Shown here: positions 19,313 through 30,600 of the stretch, one piece after another
Layout of the letters: each line of letters starts with the position of its first letter
How positions within the stretch are numbered: the first letter of the stretch is position 1
Assembly: GCA_965216875.1 (NCBI GenBank)
Contig: OZ244207.1
Span: 5,632,001-5,696,000, forward strand
Length of the DNA stretch: 64,000 bases
Direction of reading: 5' to 3'
DNA from: Rubripirellula sp.
Lineage (GTDB): Bacteria > Planctomycetota > Planctomycetia > Pirellulales > Pirellulaceae
Made by a program: the position numbers and the translations under genes
The notes under the pieces: model-generated
What the model was told of the DNA's origin: nothing
Database searches by the model: none
What the model saw: only the letters and a program-made list of their open reading frames with translations

Positions 19313-20689
19313 CTAGTCGGCCACCTCAACCTGTGGACCGGCTCCGTTTTCATCGGCCGTTCCCACATCCCCCGAGGGATACCCGGAGCTAGATGCTGAC
19401 TCCGCCGATACGCGAGTGTTCGTCTCTGCGTCGATTCGTAGTTCACTTTGTCGCTCTGGAACAACTACTGGTATCTTGACGACATTACTGATTGGGATCG
19501 GATTACTCTTTTCGCCATACAGTGTCGTCGCATAGACGAATAAAGTTGAGTTCTTGGGTATCGGTGCTTTTCCGATCATGTAGAACTCGCCCTCGACTTT
19601 GCCGCTGGTGAACGCACATGGTCGAAAACCCGTTTGGTGGGAAACGAGCATCTTGCGACCCGATCGATCGATGATCAACTTCGCGGCGATCCGAAGCCCT
19701 CCCGGCGGAAGAGAGGGATGCCGCACATACCTTATCGGTAGTTTCACAGCCGCAATGCCAGAACTGGCATCGATCTCCAAAGGCTCGGTCATGTCGGACT
19801 CCAAGTAAATCGGCAGGCCTTTGGCGAACAGTTCCGATGCAACGAGTTTGCGGCGGCTCGATGTGCGTTGCGTTCGCGCAGGCAGCTTTGCTGCGATGTC
19901 AGCGATACGTTCCTGGATCTCGTCGTCGATGTCGAGTGACTTTAGAAGTTCGATTTGTTGCCATATCGACTCATCCAACAGCGAATGAGCTGATGCCTTG
20001 CGGCGGTCCATTGCTGCGTCAACACTTTGCATCAACCACTCTTGCCGAGTCGGGTCGGTGGCCAACACTTCTTCTAGCTCCGAAGCCCCAAGTTGCTGAT
20101 CGCGACCGGCAATTTTCCGCCGAATGCGATACTCAAGTGCCATCTCATTTGCTTGCTCACGATTGCGCGCGGTCCATGCCTTAAGAATGGAATCTGAGAC
20201 AGAAACGACCTCCGCATTTTTGGATTCCGATGCATTGCGCAACACCGATACCTGCGACATGGTTTGTTTTTGTCGAGGCTTGTGAGACCTGAATTCGCGG
20301 CGGATCCAACCACCGACCTTTTCGGAGTTGAAGTCGCCGGGTTTTTGTTCTGCAGTACTCGGCGTGTACATCACCAAGGTGTCATTGGATCGGTCACAGA
20401 ACAAGAATCGACCGTTGCCAAGGGCGAGCAAAGATGGCCGTGAATCGCCCTTGACTGAATAAGTCGTGTCTCGCTGGACGGATCGATCCTCCGTCTGCCA
20501 TTCAAACTGAAGTTCATGTTCAGTGATGATGCAGCGCATCGGCGAGAGACGCTCGATGCGCTGCCCATTACGAAACTCAGAGACCAGGACCCATGTCCCC
20601 TGCAACTCATTCCCGCTGGTGGTTTTCGGCGCAAACATTGATGCGATAACCAAGGCTAGCAGGCTTGTCATGCGAATCATGTTCATCAC
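19313..20689 (-). CDS. Exported hypothetical protein, N-terminal TIGR03067-like domain
   Basis: Signal peptide followed by 'ELQGTWVLVS'. Confidence 0.55.
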   Translation of the reverse strand: MMNMIRMTSLLALVIASMFAPKTTSGNELQGTWVLVSEFRNGQRIERLSPMRCIITEHELQFEWQTEDRSVQRDTTYSVKGDSRPSLLALGNGRFLFCDRSNDTLVMYTPSTAEQKPGDFNSEKVGGWIRREFRSHKPRQKQTMSQVSVLRNASESKNAEVVSVSDSILKAWTARNREQANEMALEYRIRRKIAGRDQQLGASELEEVLATDPTRQEWLMQSVDAAMDRRKASAHSLLDESIWQQIELLKSLDIDDEIQERIADIAAKLPARTQRTSSRRKLVASELFAKGLPIYLESDMTEPLEIDASSGIAAVKLPIRYVRHPSLPPGGLRIAAKLIIDRSGRKMLVSHQTGFRPCAFTSGKVEGEFYMIGKAPIPKNSTLFVYATTLYGEKSNPIPISNVVKIPVVVPERQSELRIDAETNTRVSAESASSSGYPSGDVGTADENGAGPQVEVAD

Positions 20690-20732
20690 GAACCTCAGAA
20701 CAAAGGGAAAGAGTTAGAGAACCGACCTCAAT

Positions 20733-21629
20733 TCACATGATTTTCGACTTCAGATCCCGATCGCCCTGAACCTTGCTTAGGTCGATTTCCAATCCAATCG
20801 CCTCTTTGATCTGCTCGGCCGTCGCAGCCTCCAGAATGACGGTATTCTCTTTGTAGGCGTCAAAATCTTGTTTACCGACTTTGCCAATGACAACGTCCGC
20901 GACAAGCGTGTCATCTTCATTCGCTGGCTCGCGAACTGCGATGACCACCTTTCCGGGTCGTTTCATGATCTTGCATTCAAGCTCACAATCGGTCACGCAT
21001 TGGTAGACCTCGCAAGTTGCAATTTCGCACACTCGGTCGTTTTCCTCGCAGTCGCAAAAATCACATTCCAGTTCCTTGCACTCGGCGTCTTTGCAGGGGT
21101 ATTCCAATGTGACTTCTTTGAAGTCGTATCTCTCGGTTGCCACGATACAGAATTCCGGCACGGGTACACACGGAGCTTCGTAGATGTCGATCGCTTTGTA
21201 AAAGCGTTTCAGGTCACAGTTGGTCTTTAGTTTCCCTTTTGTTCCTGTGATCTCTTGTGGTTCACCCTCGTAGGAGCAATCACAAACACGAACTGTCCGA
21301 GGAATACAGTGGTGAGGATCTTGATGGCCACCGCAGTGTGAATCATCTTTGTCGGCGACGCTTTCTCGAGCGACAACAGAGCGACTCGACGTTTCGGCGT
21401 AGCTTGCAATTCTCATATCCGCTTCGTGAGCGGAAATCGTTGGGTAGCCGTTGATTTTCACAACCGAAGCATCTTCGCAAACGACGTAGCAACCTGAGGT
21501 GTACACCGCAGGTGGGTTGCAGTAATACGCTTTTCCGTTGTTCCAGTAGAAATACCGATTGCCTGCATCGGCGACACTCGCTGTCGCCAATAAGAATGTG
21601 GCGATGCCCAAAACGAAACGCGGAATCAT
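20733..21629 (-). CDS. Secreted cysteine-rich protein
   Basis: GAGAAGGA RBS, signal peptide 'MIPRFVLG...ADA', many Cys in an acidic context. Confidence 0.7.
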   Translation of the reverse strand: MIPRFVLGIATFLLATASVADAGNRYFYWNNGKAYYCNPPAVYTSGCYVVCEDASVVKINGYPTISAHEADMRIASYAETSSRSVVARESVADKDDSHCGGHQDPHHCIPRTVRVCDCSYEGEPQEITGTKGKLKTNCDLKRFYKAIDIYEAPCVPVPEFCIVATERYDFKEVTLEYPCKDAECKELECDFCDCEENDRVCEIATCEVYQCVTDCELECKIMKRPGKVVIAVREPANEDDTLVADVVIGKVGKQDFDAYKENTVILEAATAEQIKEAIGLEIDLSKVQGDRDLKSKIM

Positions 21630-21869
21630 GTTTTGATCCTTCTCAAATAGTCGCTTGTCGAAACGAAACCCAAACAAATTGCCCAGCCACTTCCACAGCG
21701 ATCGCGGGCAGCTTGAAATCATCGATTCACGCGACCAAAGACGACAGTGTCCGGGAGTTACACTTGGTCAAATCGTATGTTTGGTGGTTTCGACCGAAAC
21801 GGAAACGCAGCGGAATTCGTCGGGGTTGAACGGGGTGAAAGATTCCGGTCCCGCTCGTGAGCAAAGTGC

Positions 21870-22898
21870 CTAGTCAGCAGCTGTTGCGTCGGGCGAGCTT
21901 GCTGAACAGGCTTCGATGGGACATCGCAATTCGCCGTCAACAGGCCGTCCTCGTTGCGACGACGCCTTGAACCAATCGGGATGGATGCACGTCCAAAAGT
22001 CGCGTGCCAACTGCTGCTGTACATAAGCTGCCGGAAGCCAACCGCTCCCACAATCACCCCAGTCGCTTCCCCAGGAAAGGCGAACTCTGAGCGCATGTTG
22101 CTTAGGGCCAAAATGGTGACGACGATAACCGACGACCATCGCGGCCTGCCCGCCACGAACAACATCGCTTTCCGGACGGTAGGGAATCTCCGCTGAAATG
22201 CTCAACGAACTAGGAACAGAAAAGCCGAACACCAGAGGGAACCCCGCTGCCACAAATGACTCGATACGCTTGCAGGTCATTGCCCCGTCGCTGTTGCGTT
22301 GATCAAGTCGAAAATAGCGAAGACTCTTTGCCGATTTTGCCGTTCCATAGACAAATCGCGTTGGCTCACTGTGAAACCGGTCAACCTGATAGGGCCAATG
22401 TTGCTCAGGAACAATTCCAAACTGGACAACAGCCTTGAGCGTGGTTCGTAGGTCCGCCCCATCATCACAACATTGCCCACCCCAAGGTGTGGCGCTATGA
22501 GGAGCCGGAAGGGTACGCAGGTTGCGGGCGACTCGATAAAGAAACTGCTTGGAAGGATCACAGGTTCGGCCGTAAATCCGACGCTCGAAATACTCAATCA
22601 GACCAAGAACAGCAAACGCAGTAGAACTGTTGAGTGCACCCTGGTCTTCGATCCCCGAAAAGTAATTTCCTTCGTCATCGCTGCACAAATCGACCTCGTC
22701 GGGCAGTTCCCGTGACGCAGGCGCGAGTCGTCTGAGCAGTGGCAAGATGCACTCGTGTTGGAACGTATAGTCGCGTGCATCAGGAAGGTCGGGAATCCAA
22801 CCCATTCCTTGTGGGATAAACCTGGACACAGCCGGTGTTTGTTGGCGCGTGGAGAGATCGTAACGTAGGTTGCTGAACCAGCCATTAGAAATGGCCAC
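21870..22898 (-). CDS. Papain-family (C1) peptidase homolog, catalytic triad substituted
   Basis: 'GWIPDLPDARD', 'DQGALNSSTA', 'GGQAAMVVGY', 'RLSWGSDWG'. Confidence 0.8.
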   Translation of the reverse strand: MAISNGWFSNLRYDLSTRQQTPAVSRFIPQGMGWIPDLPDARDYTFQHECILPLLRRLAPASRELPDEVDLCSDDEGNYFSGIEDQGALNSSTAFAVLGLIEYFERRIYGRTCDPSKQFLYRVARNLRTLPAPHSATPWGGQCCDDGADLRTTLKAVVQFGIVPEQHWPYQVDRFHSEPTRFVYGTAKSAKSLRYFRLDQRNSDGAMTCKRIESFVAAGFPLVFGFSVPSSLSISAEIPYRPESDVVRGGQAAMVVGYRRHHFGPKQHALRVRLSWGSDWGDCGSGWLPAAYVQQQLARDFWTCIHPDWFKASSQRGRPVDGELRCPIEACSASSPDATAAD

Positions 22899-22967
22899 GC
22901 CTCAATTGCTACGGAACGACCCCGGAATGGGCTTGCAGCAAGGGTTTTCGCCGACGGCCGAACAAGC

Positions 22968-23813
22968 TTACACCTCTTGGTCAGCTGTCGTACCTTCGGC
23001 TTGACGCTCGCGATCCGAATCGCTCGCCAATTCCGGACCATTCCCAATCCATTCCCATGTAATCCCTTCACCAGTCCCGTCACCGTGAAAACGGATCAGT
23101 TGCTGAATTTGCTTTTTGTTTAGCCCCTTGATCGTGTCACTTAATCTGCGTTTCGCGTCCTGATCGACCTGAGGTGGAAGAGGATCATCAACCCGCGGCG
23201 GCCAGCCTTCCTCTTCAAACGCGTTCAAGATCGCCTCCTGATTGGCCGCTCGCCACTTAAAGTGTTTGACGACATCGTCGCCAACGCGCAATGTACGATC
23301 ACAGGAATTCCAACATGGCTGAGATGATGACAGTCGCTCTGTTAGCTTTCCCGAGGGCGACGCCCCATTGCCAGAGTATGAACCAAGTCCAGCCGAATGG
23401 CCGTTAATCGCTGGCTTGCAGGCGACGGAAGCTACGGAAACATCTCTCGTGACGTTCGCGTCGCCGTCAATGTCATGTCCATCCAACGGTTCAATCGGAC
23501 GCTGCGCAAAAATTGCGGGAGCCCGAGAGCGCCCGTGATCGGTGAGAACGAAACAGGACCGCTTGGTGAAGGTCATGTCGCCGGTGGGTGAAAAAGACCG
23601 ACCGTCTTCACCACGAACCGTTACTTCGCGTGCATGCTCAACGTAACCTCGCCGCACCAGCCAACGCAGGTCATTGTGAACACAACCACACGATAAGAGT
23701 TCACTGACCGAAACCGCAAATTCCCAGCGGTCCGAGCCTACGTCGTCCGCATACTCCAGGGCCTCCAGAAGTGTCCCAAGAGCTGCAATTAACTTTGAAG
23801 GGATTCTGTCCAT
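22968..23813 (-). CDS. Hypothetical protein with probable winged-helix DNA-binding domains
   Basis: C-terminal 'NQEAILNAFEEEGWPPRVDDPL...RRLSDTIKGLN...GDGTGEGITW'. Confidence 0.6.
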   Translation of the reverse strand: MDRIPSKLIAALGTLLEALEYADDVGSDRWEFAVSVSELLSCGCVHNDLRWLVRRGYVEHAREVTVRGEDGRSFSPTGDMTFTKRSCFVLTDHGRSRAPAIFAQRPIEPLDGHDIDGDANVTRDVSVASVACKPAINGHSAGLGSYSGNGASPSGKLTERLSSSQPCWNSCDRTLRVGDDVVKHFKWRAANQEAILNAFEEEGWPPRVDDPLPPQVDQDAKRRLSDTIKGLNKKQIQQLIRFHGDGTGEGITWEWIGNGPELASDSDRERQAEGTTADQEV

Positions 23814-24081
23814 CGCCCCAGTGCCGGACTTCCATCGCCCGCGAAACGCTCAAGAAAAAAGTAATGAGCTGAATTGCCTTTTCGTCAGTTGTCCCGAATG
23901 AAACAGCCGATGTCGCCAATTTCTACCGAAGCTACAAGACCGACGCAAACTGTTTTTTCTGTGCGCTGAACAAGCGTTTCGGTTGTTTTGTGTGAACATC
24001 TGTGTCTTCGATAGCTACACTACGCATTCCCCCTTCTTTGCCTTCCCTCTTATCCCACCACCACACAGGGCTGACTGAATC

Positions 24082-25539
24082 ATGCGATCCCTTTTTGCGT
24101 GCCTCTGCTTGATTGGCATTTCGATCCCCACCTCTGAAAGTGTCGATGCTCAAGGCGCCGACGCGCAAAGCGATTCGGCGAAGCCGAACTTTGTCATCAT
24201 CTTTGCCGATGACCAGGGCTACGGAGATCTAGGCTGTTTTGGATCGACCAAAATCAAAACACCGAACATCGACCGCATGGCCAAAGAGGGGCGGCGTTTT
24301 ACCAACTTCATGGTCGCCTCGCCCGTCTGCACACCCTCGCGCGCCGCATTGCTAACCGGATGCTACCCCAAACGCGTCGGCATGCACCAACACGTTCTCT
24401 TCCCCGCATCAACAAAGGGACTCAATCCCAGCGAACACACAATCGCTGACCATTTGAAATCACAGGGATATGCGACCGCGTGCTTTGGCAAGTGGCACCT
24501 CGGACACCATCCTGAAACGTTGCCTCGAGCCAACGGATTCGACACCTATTTTGGAATCCCGTACAGCAACGACATGAACCATCCTGACAACAAGGGCAAG
24601 CCACGAGTTAAGTCGGACGACTTGTGGCGAGATCAGGAAAGCGCGATCAAGCTTTGGAACACGCCTCTGATCAAAGACGAAGAAATCGTCGAACTGCCAG
24701 TCGACCAGCGCACCGTCACTCGGCGCTACACCGACCATGCCGTTGACTTCATCAAGACGCACAAAGACGAACCCTTCTTTGTTTATCTTCCTCATTCGAT
24801 GCCACACATTCCGTTGTACGTCCCCGAAGATGCGTACGATCCGAATCCACAAAATGCCTACACCTGTGTGATCGAGCATATTGATGACGAAGTGGGGCGA
24901 GTGATGGACACGATTCGTGACCTGAATCTATCGCAACGAACCTACGTCATTTACACCTCTGACAATGGTCCTTGGTTGCAATTCAAGAACCACGGTGGTT
25001 CGGCCGGACCGCTGCGTGCGGGCAAAGGCACCACATTCGAAGGCGGACAACGTGTTCCCTGTGTGATGTGGGGCCCGGGCCGGATTCCAGCGGGCACCGA
25101 GTGCAACGAACTGGTCGGTACCATCGACATGTTGCCAACGATTGCGTCGATTACCGGACGACCACTTCCAAGTGGCCGCAAGATCGACGGAGTCGATGTC
25201 AGTGACTTGGTCCTTGGCAAATCAGATTCGTCACCGCGTACGGAGTTCGTTCACTACACCTCGCGTGGTGACCTGGAAGGCATTCGCAAAGGCGATTGGA
25301 AGCTACTGGTCAAGCAACCTCCGAAACCACGACGCCCGCGACAAAACGGAAATGCAAACCAAAAGCCCAAGCCTCCTGAAGTCCTTCTGTTTAACCTCAA
25401 AAAGGATGTTGGCGAACAAGAGAACCGTGCCGATCAACACCCCGAAGTCGTCGCCGAACTATCGGCGCGAATGAAGGAATTAGATGCCGAGATCGAAACG
25501 AACGCTCGTGCCCCCTGGACGACCGACATGAGAAACTAG
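24082..25539 (+). CDS. Arylsulfatase
   Basis: Signal peptide, 'DDQGYGDL', CTPSR, 'GKWHLG', 'SDNGPW'. Confidence 0.93.
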   Translation: MRSLFACLCLIGISIPTSESVDAQGADAQSDSAKPNFVIIFADDQGYGDLGCFGSTKIKTPNIDRMAKEGRRFTNFMVASPVCTPSRAALLTGCYPKRVGMHQHVLFPASTKGLNPSEHTIADHLKSQGYATACFGKWHLGHHPETLPRANGFDTYFGIPYSNDMNHPDNKGKPRVKSDDLWRDQESAIKLWNTPLIKDEEIVELPVDQRTVTRRYTDHAVDFIKTHKDEPFFVYLPHSMPHIPLYVPEDAYDPNPQNAYTCVIEHIDDEVGRVMDTIRDLNLSQRTYVIYTSDNGPWLQFKNHGGSAGPLRAGKGTTFEGGQRVPCVMWGPGRIPAGTECNELVGTIDMLPTIASITGRPLPSGRKIDGVDVSDLVLGKSDSSPRTEFVHYTSRGDLEGIRKGDWKLLVKQPPKPRRPRQNGNANQKPKPPEVLLFNLKKDVGEQENRADQHPEVVAELSARMKELDAEIETNARAPWTTDMRN

Positions 25540-25577
25540 GCCGACGATGCACGATTTGCCGCTGCGTGAGGGAGCAA

Positions 25578-27413
25578 CTAGAAGTTGTTCCTGAACGCGG
25601 CGAAATCAAACAGTTCGATCATGCCGTTGCCGTTGGCATCAAAGTCGTCTCGAAAGTTGACATCTCCGGTTTGCGAGCCAAAGCACGAACGGAACTGGGC
25701 GAAGTCAAACAGATCAAGCGCCCCCGACCCATTGGCATCGCCAAAGAGTCGGTAGAGACCCTCTTCAGTCGATTCACCGTACACGGCGTCACCCGACATG
25801 GTTTCGCCCGTGTATGTGTTTGCGACCTGGTTGGCCGAAACCTGTAGGCGGTAACTGCCATCGGCAAGCGAGTTGCCAGAGGTCCGCGTCACCACAGACG
25901 GCCCCGATTCGAAGGTCAACATCACTGAGGTCCGTCCGCGAATCACGGCATCGGTTGCGGCCACGGTCACTTCTTCCTCCGTATCAAGATTGGTCAACGT
26001 GAAAGCCTCGGCGGGTGCGTTGACTTCGCGATCGAACATCACCGTGATCATGCCAACCATCGATCGACCGGGGGTGTCGTCATTGATCACGACCTGATTC
26101 ACGCTTGCCGCACCGGGAAGTTCAAACGGGTTGCTGAAGCGTTCATCGGTCAAGAAGTCGAAATCAGTAAGCGTTCCCAGAAACGCAACCAATGCATCCT
26201 TTTGCGTTTGCGTCATGTTCAAGCGAATGGGCGGCCCGCCTGGTTGACCGTTGGTGGTCAGAGGCGGAGCGAGGTTGGGGTGAGCTTGAATTCCCGTGCT
26301 ATAGAAATCGACCACCTCTTCAAGCGTTGCAAATCGACCGTCGTGCATGAAGGGCGGTCGAATCGCAATGTTGCGTAGACTTGGCACCTTGAACGCGCCT
26401 CGAAAATTGTTGGTGCCGAAGGTATTGAACGCACCAAGGTCATCGAGTGGCGGTCCATCAAGACCGATGTTCTGTGGCGCGTTGACGGCAACCTGAGCTT
26501 CGGTCCCATGACACCCAGCGCATCCGAATCCTCGCGGTGGCGGCGCATTGAATAGGTCCTTTCCTTGGTTTTCCAACTGGCTGAAGTTGGGAAACGGCCG
26601 GCCCGGGTTTTCGACTTGAGCGCGACCTTCGTCGTAAGCGCTGTTGAAGCTGACCATACTGCGCTCGAATTGCGCGATCGCTCGTGCGATACGGTCCGTC
26701 GTTACGGTCGCATCACCAAAGGCAGCGGTGAAGAGATCGCCATAGTACTCCTGTTCTTCGACGCGCTGGACGAGTTGAGTCAGTGTGAGTCCCATTTCGA
26801 CCGCGTCTTGGATCGGCTGTAACGCTTGGTCTTCCAACGTCGCGGCGCGCTCATCCCAAAAGAAGCGACCACGTTGATAGAAGCGATTGTTCGCCAAACC
26901 GGTGGAGTGGCGTCCGGTCAGTCCGCCATCGAATCCGACACTTAGCACGTTGGGGTCAGAGAAACCGTGAAGCTGTTGGTGACAAGATGCGCACGATACA
27001 GTTCGATTCAAACTCAAGTTTTTGTCATAGAACAGAACACGACCGAGCGCGGCACCTTCATCGGTGGTGGGGTTATTGGCGGGCGTGTTGTCGGTATCGA
27101 CGACGGCCCGCGGCGGTCCGGGGGGGTCGACTAAAAAATGGTTGGGGAACACGACCGTTTCGTAATCAAACGGCTCGTCGGGCAGGTTGGGCCACTGGCC
27201 ATTTAACGGCTGAAAACTCAATAAACCCGCAGCCAATGCTGCAAAAGCCAAAGTCGCTGGCGCCCTCAGCGGCGTGCCTGAGTGTGTCATCATGCCACCC
27301 ATCAAGATGTGGTGTCTGGATCGTTTGGATAAGTTGACGAGGATGCCGTGTGTCGTCAGCGGCATGGGTAGATAAACGGACTGGCCAAAGATACGTCCAC
27401 CACTGAGGGACAA
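25578..27413 (-). CDS. Di-haem cytochrome c peroxidase (MauG/CCP family) with C-terminal dockerin-like module
   Basis: CASCH and CAGCH haem motifs, 'FFWDERA', 'FKVPSLRN', 'PFMHDG'; C-terminal duplicated 'DANG...DFA.FR'; true start probably ~27290. Confidence 0.88.
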   Translation of the reverse strand: MSLSGGRIFGQSVYLPMPLTTHGILVNLSKRSRHHILMGGMMTHSGTPLRAPATLAFAALAAGLLSFQPLNGQWPNLPDEPFDYETVVFPNHFLVDPPGPPRAVVDTDNTPANNPTTDEGAALGRVLFYDKNLSLNRTVSCASCHQQLHGFSDPNVLSVGFDGGLTGRHSTGLANNRFYQRGRFFWDERAATLEDQALQPIQDAVEMGLTLTQLVQRVEEQEYYGDLFTAAFGDATVTTDRIARAIAQFERSMVSFNSAYDEGRAQVENPGRPFPNFSQLENQGKDLFNAPPPRGFGCAGCHGTEAQVAVNAPQNIGLDGPPLDDLGAFNTFGTNNFRGAFKVPSLRNIAIRPPFMHDGRFATLEEVVDFYSTGIQAHPNLAPPLTTNGQPGGPPIRLNMTQTQKDALVAFLGTLTDFDFLTDERFSNPFELPGAASVNQVVINDDTPGRSMVGMITVMFDREVNAPAEAFTLTNLDTEEEVTVAATDAVIRGRTSVMLTFESGPSVVTRTSGNSLADGSYRLQVSANQVANTYTGETMSGDAVYGESTEEGLYRLFGDANGSGALDLFDFAQFRSCFGSQTGDVNFRDDFDANGNGMIELFDFAAFRNNF

Positions 27414-27641
27414 AAAGTTTGCCGGTCAGGAATTAACAACTGTTCACCGCGCCAATGTCTGACGTGTTACCAACGAGGAATCGTGATACGTTGGTGAGTG
27501 AATCAAGCCGAGAAAAGGCGTGGTCCGCGAATCTCGTTGGTGATGCGCGTGTCTTTTCTGGGTGCTGGGGTGCAACTCGCAAACGATCCCGGACACCCCA
27601 TCCCATTGATTCACTGCCCCGCATGATTCACTGACATCACG

Positions 27642-30600
27642 ATGCCGTCTGAAGACCCGTTCGACAAAACTCGCGACGAGACGGTGCAGGCCCGTCGAAC
27701 GGAACGCGACAAGAGCGCAACCATTCCGGCATCCATACCGAAACAGATTGGCCGCTACCGGATTGACCGCCGACTGGGCAAAGGGGGGTTCGGCACAGTC
27801 TATCTTGCACATGACGAGCAACTTGACCGCAGCGTCGCCGTCAAAGTGGCTCACCGCGATTTAATCGCGGATCCAAGTGATGCAGGCGCCTACCTTGAAG
27901 AGGCTCGTATCGTTGCGAGCCTCGACCACCCTCACATCGTGCCGCTGCACGACGTCGGCAGCACCAACGAGGTGCCTTTCTATTCCGTTAGCAAGTATGT
28001 GTCGGGCTCGGATTTGGCCGTCAAGCTGCGTCGCAGCCAGTATGCCCCGCACGAGGCGGCCGCACTCGTTGCGACCATTGCGGAAGCGTTGCACTTTGCT
28101 CATAAGCATGGGCTCGTGCACCGCGACGTTAAGCCCGCAAACATTTTGATCGACGAAGTGGGCAAACCGTACTTGGTCGACTTCGGACTTGCCCTGCGGG
28201 AGCAAGACGCAAGCGAAGAAGCGTTTTACGTCGGCACACCGACCTACACGAGTCCCGAGCAAGCGCGCGGTGAGGGACATCGAGTCGATGGCCGCAGCGA
28301 CATCTTCAGCTTGGGTGTTGTCTTCTATGAATTGCTCACTGGCCGCCGTCCCTTCAAATCTTCCTCTCAGAAAGAGCTTCTGAAACAGGTCATTAGTCTC
28401 GAGGCGCGCCCGCCGCGTCAATTCAACGAACACGTCCCGCGTGAACTGGAACGGATTTGCCAGAAAGCGATGGCGAAACTCGCCAGCGAACGTTACGTGT
28501 CGGCACACGACATGGCCGCCGACCTTCGACACTTTCTTTCCGAGCACGACACGACGGAAAAGAAGACACCAACGGCAAAGAAGACCAAGACGCTGCCGAT
28601 CGAATCGACCGAAGCGATCACCGCCTCATCGGCTCCGCCAGCAACCATCGAAACACCTCAGGCCACGCCCTCGAGCACGTCGTTCCAATCATCTGATCGA
28701 CGAAAGATCCGTATCGTCCCCAAAGGGATCCGCGCGTTTGACTCGCACGATGCAGATTTCTTTCTGCAGCTACTTCCTGGTGCGCGCGACCGCGACGGTA
28801 TTCCCGATTCGATTCGTTTCTGGAAGGTGTTGATCGAAGAACGTGACGCCGAACAAACATTTCAAGTCGGATTGATTTACGGTCCCTCAGGATGTGGTAA
28901 GTCGTCGCTCGTGCGAGCGGGATTGTTGCCGCGTTTGTCGGCCAACATCATTCCGGTGATGGTGGAAGCAGCACCCAAACAAACGGAAACGCGACTGCTA
29001 AGAGCCATCCAAAAACAGTGCCCTACCCTGCCCCGCGACAGCAACCTTGTCGAAACGATCAAGATGATTCGAACCGGATACGGTCCGGGGTCCGAGCACA
29101 AGGTTTTGTTGATCATCGATCAATTCGAGCAGTGGTTACACTCGGAAGAAACCGACGCGTTGGCCGAGTTGATTCAAGCGCTTCGTCAGTGTGATGGGGA
29201 ACGGGTTCAATGCATCGTGATGGTTCGAGACGACTTTTGGATGGCCATGACGCACATGATGCGTTCGCTGGAAATCCGAATCGTCGAAGGCCGCAACTCG
29301 GCAGCGGTCGACCTCTTCCCCGCTCGTCACGCGATCAAAGTCCTCGACGCGTTTGGGCGCGCATTTGGTTCGCTTCCCGATGAATCCGAAGAACTTAGTG
29401 ACAGCCAAAGAGAGTTCTTGAAGGAAGCGGTCAACGATCTCGCGACCGACGACAAAGTCATCTGCGTTCGACTTAGCCTGTTCGCCGAGATCATGCGAGG
29501 CAAAGCCTGGACCATCGAAAATCTTCTCGCAATGGGCGGCGCAAAAGGCGTTGGACTGGCCTACCTGAACGAAACGTTTAGCGTGTCGACCGCGCCTCCA
29601 GAACACCGATTCCATCAAAAAGCAGCCAGGAACGTCCTGCGTGCCTTGCTGCCTGAATCGGGTACGAACATTCGCGGACACATGCGTTCGTTTGCGGAAC
29701 TCAAGGCTGCGTCGGGGTACGACAACCGCCCCAAAGACTTCGATGAACTGATCACCATCCTGGACACCGAAGTTCGCCTGATCACACCAACCGATCCAGA
29801 GAGCGCCGATTCCGATGATCCGTCGTCTGTCCGTGAAACACATCATCAACGCTATTACCAGCTCACGCATGATTACCTGGTCCATTCCCTGCGTGATTGG
29901 CTGACTCAGAAGCAACGTGAGACCCGTCGCGGGCGTGCCGAATTGTTGCTTGACGAAGCGACCTCAATCTGGAACGCCAAACACGAGGGCCGACTCCTGC
30001 CTTCACTGTCCGAAACAATGCGCATTCGGACGTTGACCAACAAACAAGACTGGACCCAATCACAGCACGAGATGATGCAGCAGGCGACCCGACGCTATAT
30101 GCGCCAGGGTTGCGGCGTCCTGCTAATCATCACCACGGCACTGTTGGTCATGTGGCAGATCAACAATCGCTCGCGAAACCAGCAACTTGCCAACGCCGCG
30201 TCAATGCAGGTCGATTCCATCGCCAGCGCTGACACTAACAGTGTGCTGGACTTGATTGCGGAACTCGAATCAATGCGTCAATACGCGGAAAAGCCGCTCG
30301 ATCTGGCACTACAAAAGGTCGAAGACGGAAGCCGCGAGAAATTGCAACTGATGTTGGCAATGCCACCTTCATCCGAACGCAATCGATACTTGGTGTCGCA
30401 ATTGCCAACGGCGACGCGTTCGCATTTTGACCTGATCATGCACGCGTTTCCCAAAGAAGATGTCGACTTTGAGCCGATGTGGGAAGTTGCGACCAATTTG
30501 GAAAAGCCGACCGCGGAACGCTTCCAAGCCTGTGTTGCCGTCGCGATTCGAACACCAAACGATGCTCGCCACGCCGACGTTGCTCCGTTTGTTGCGAGAG

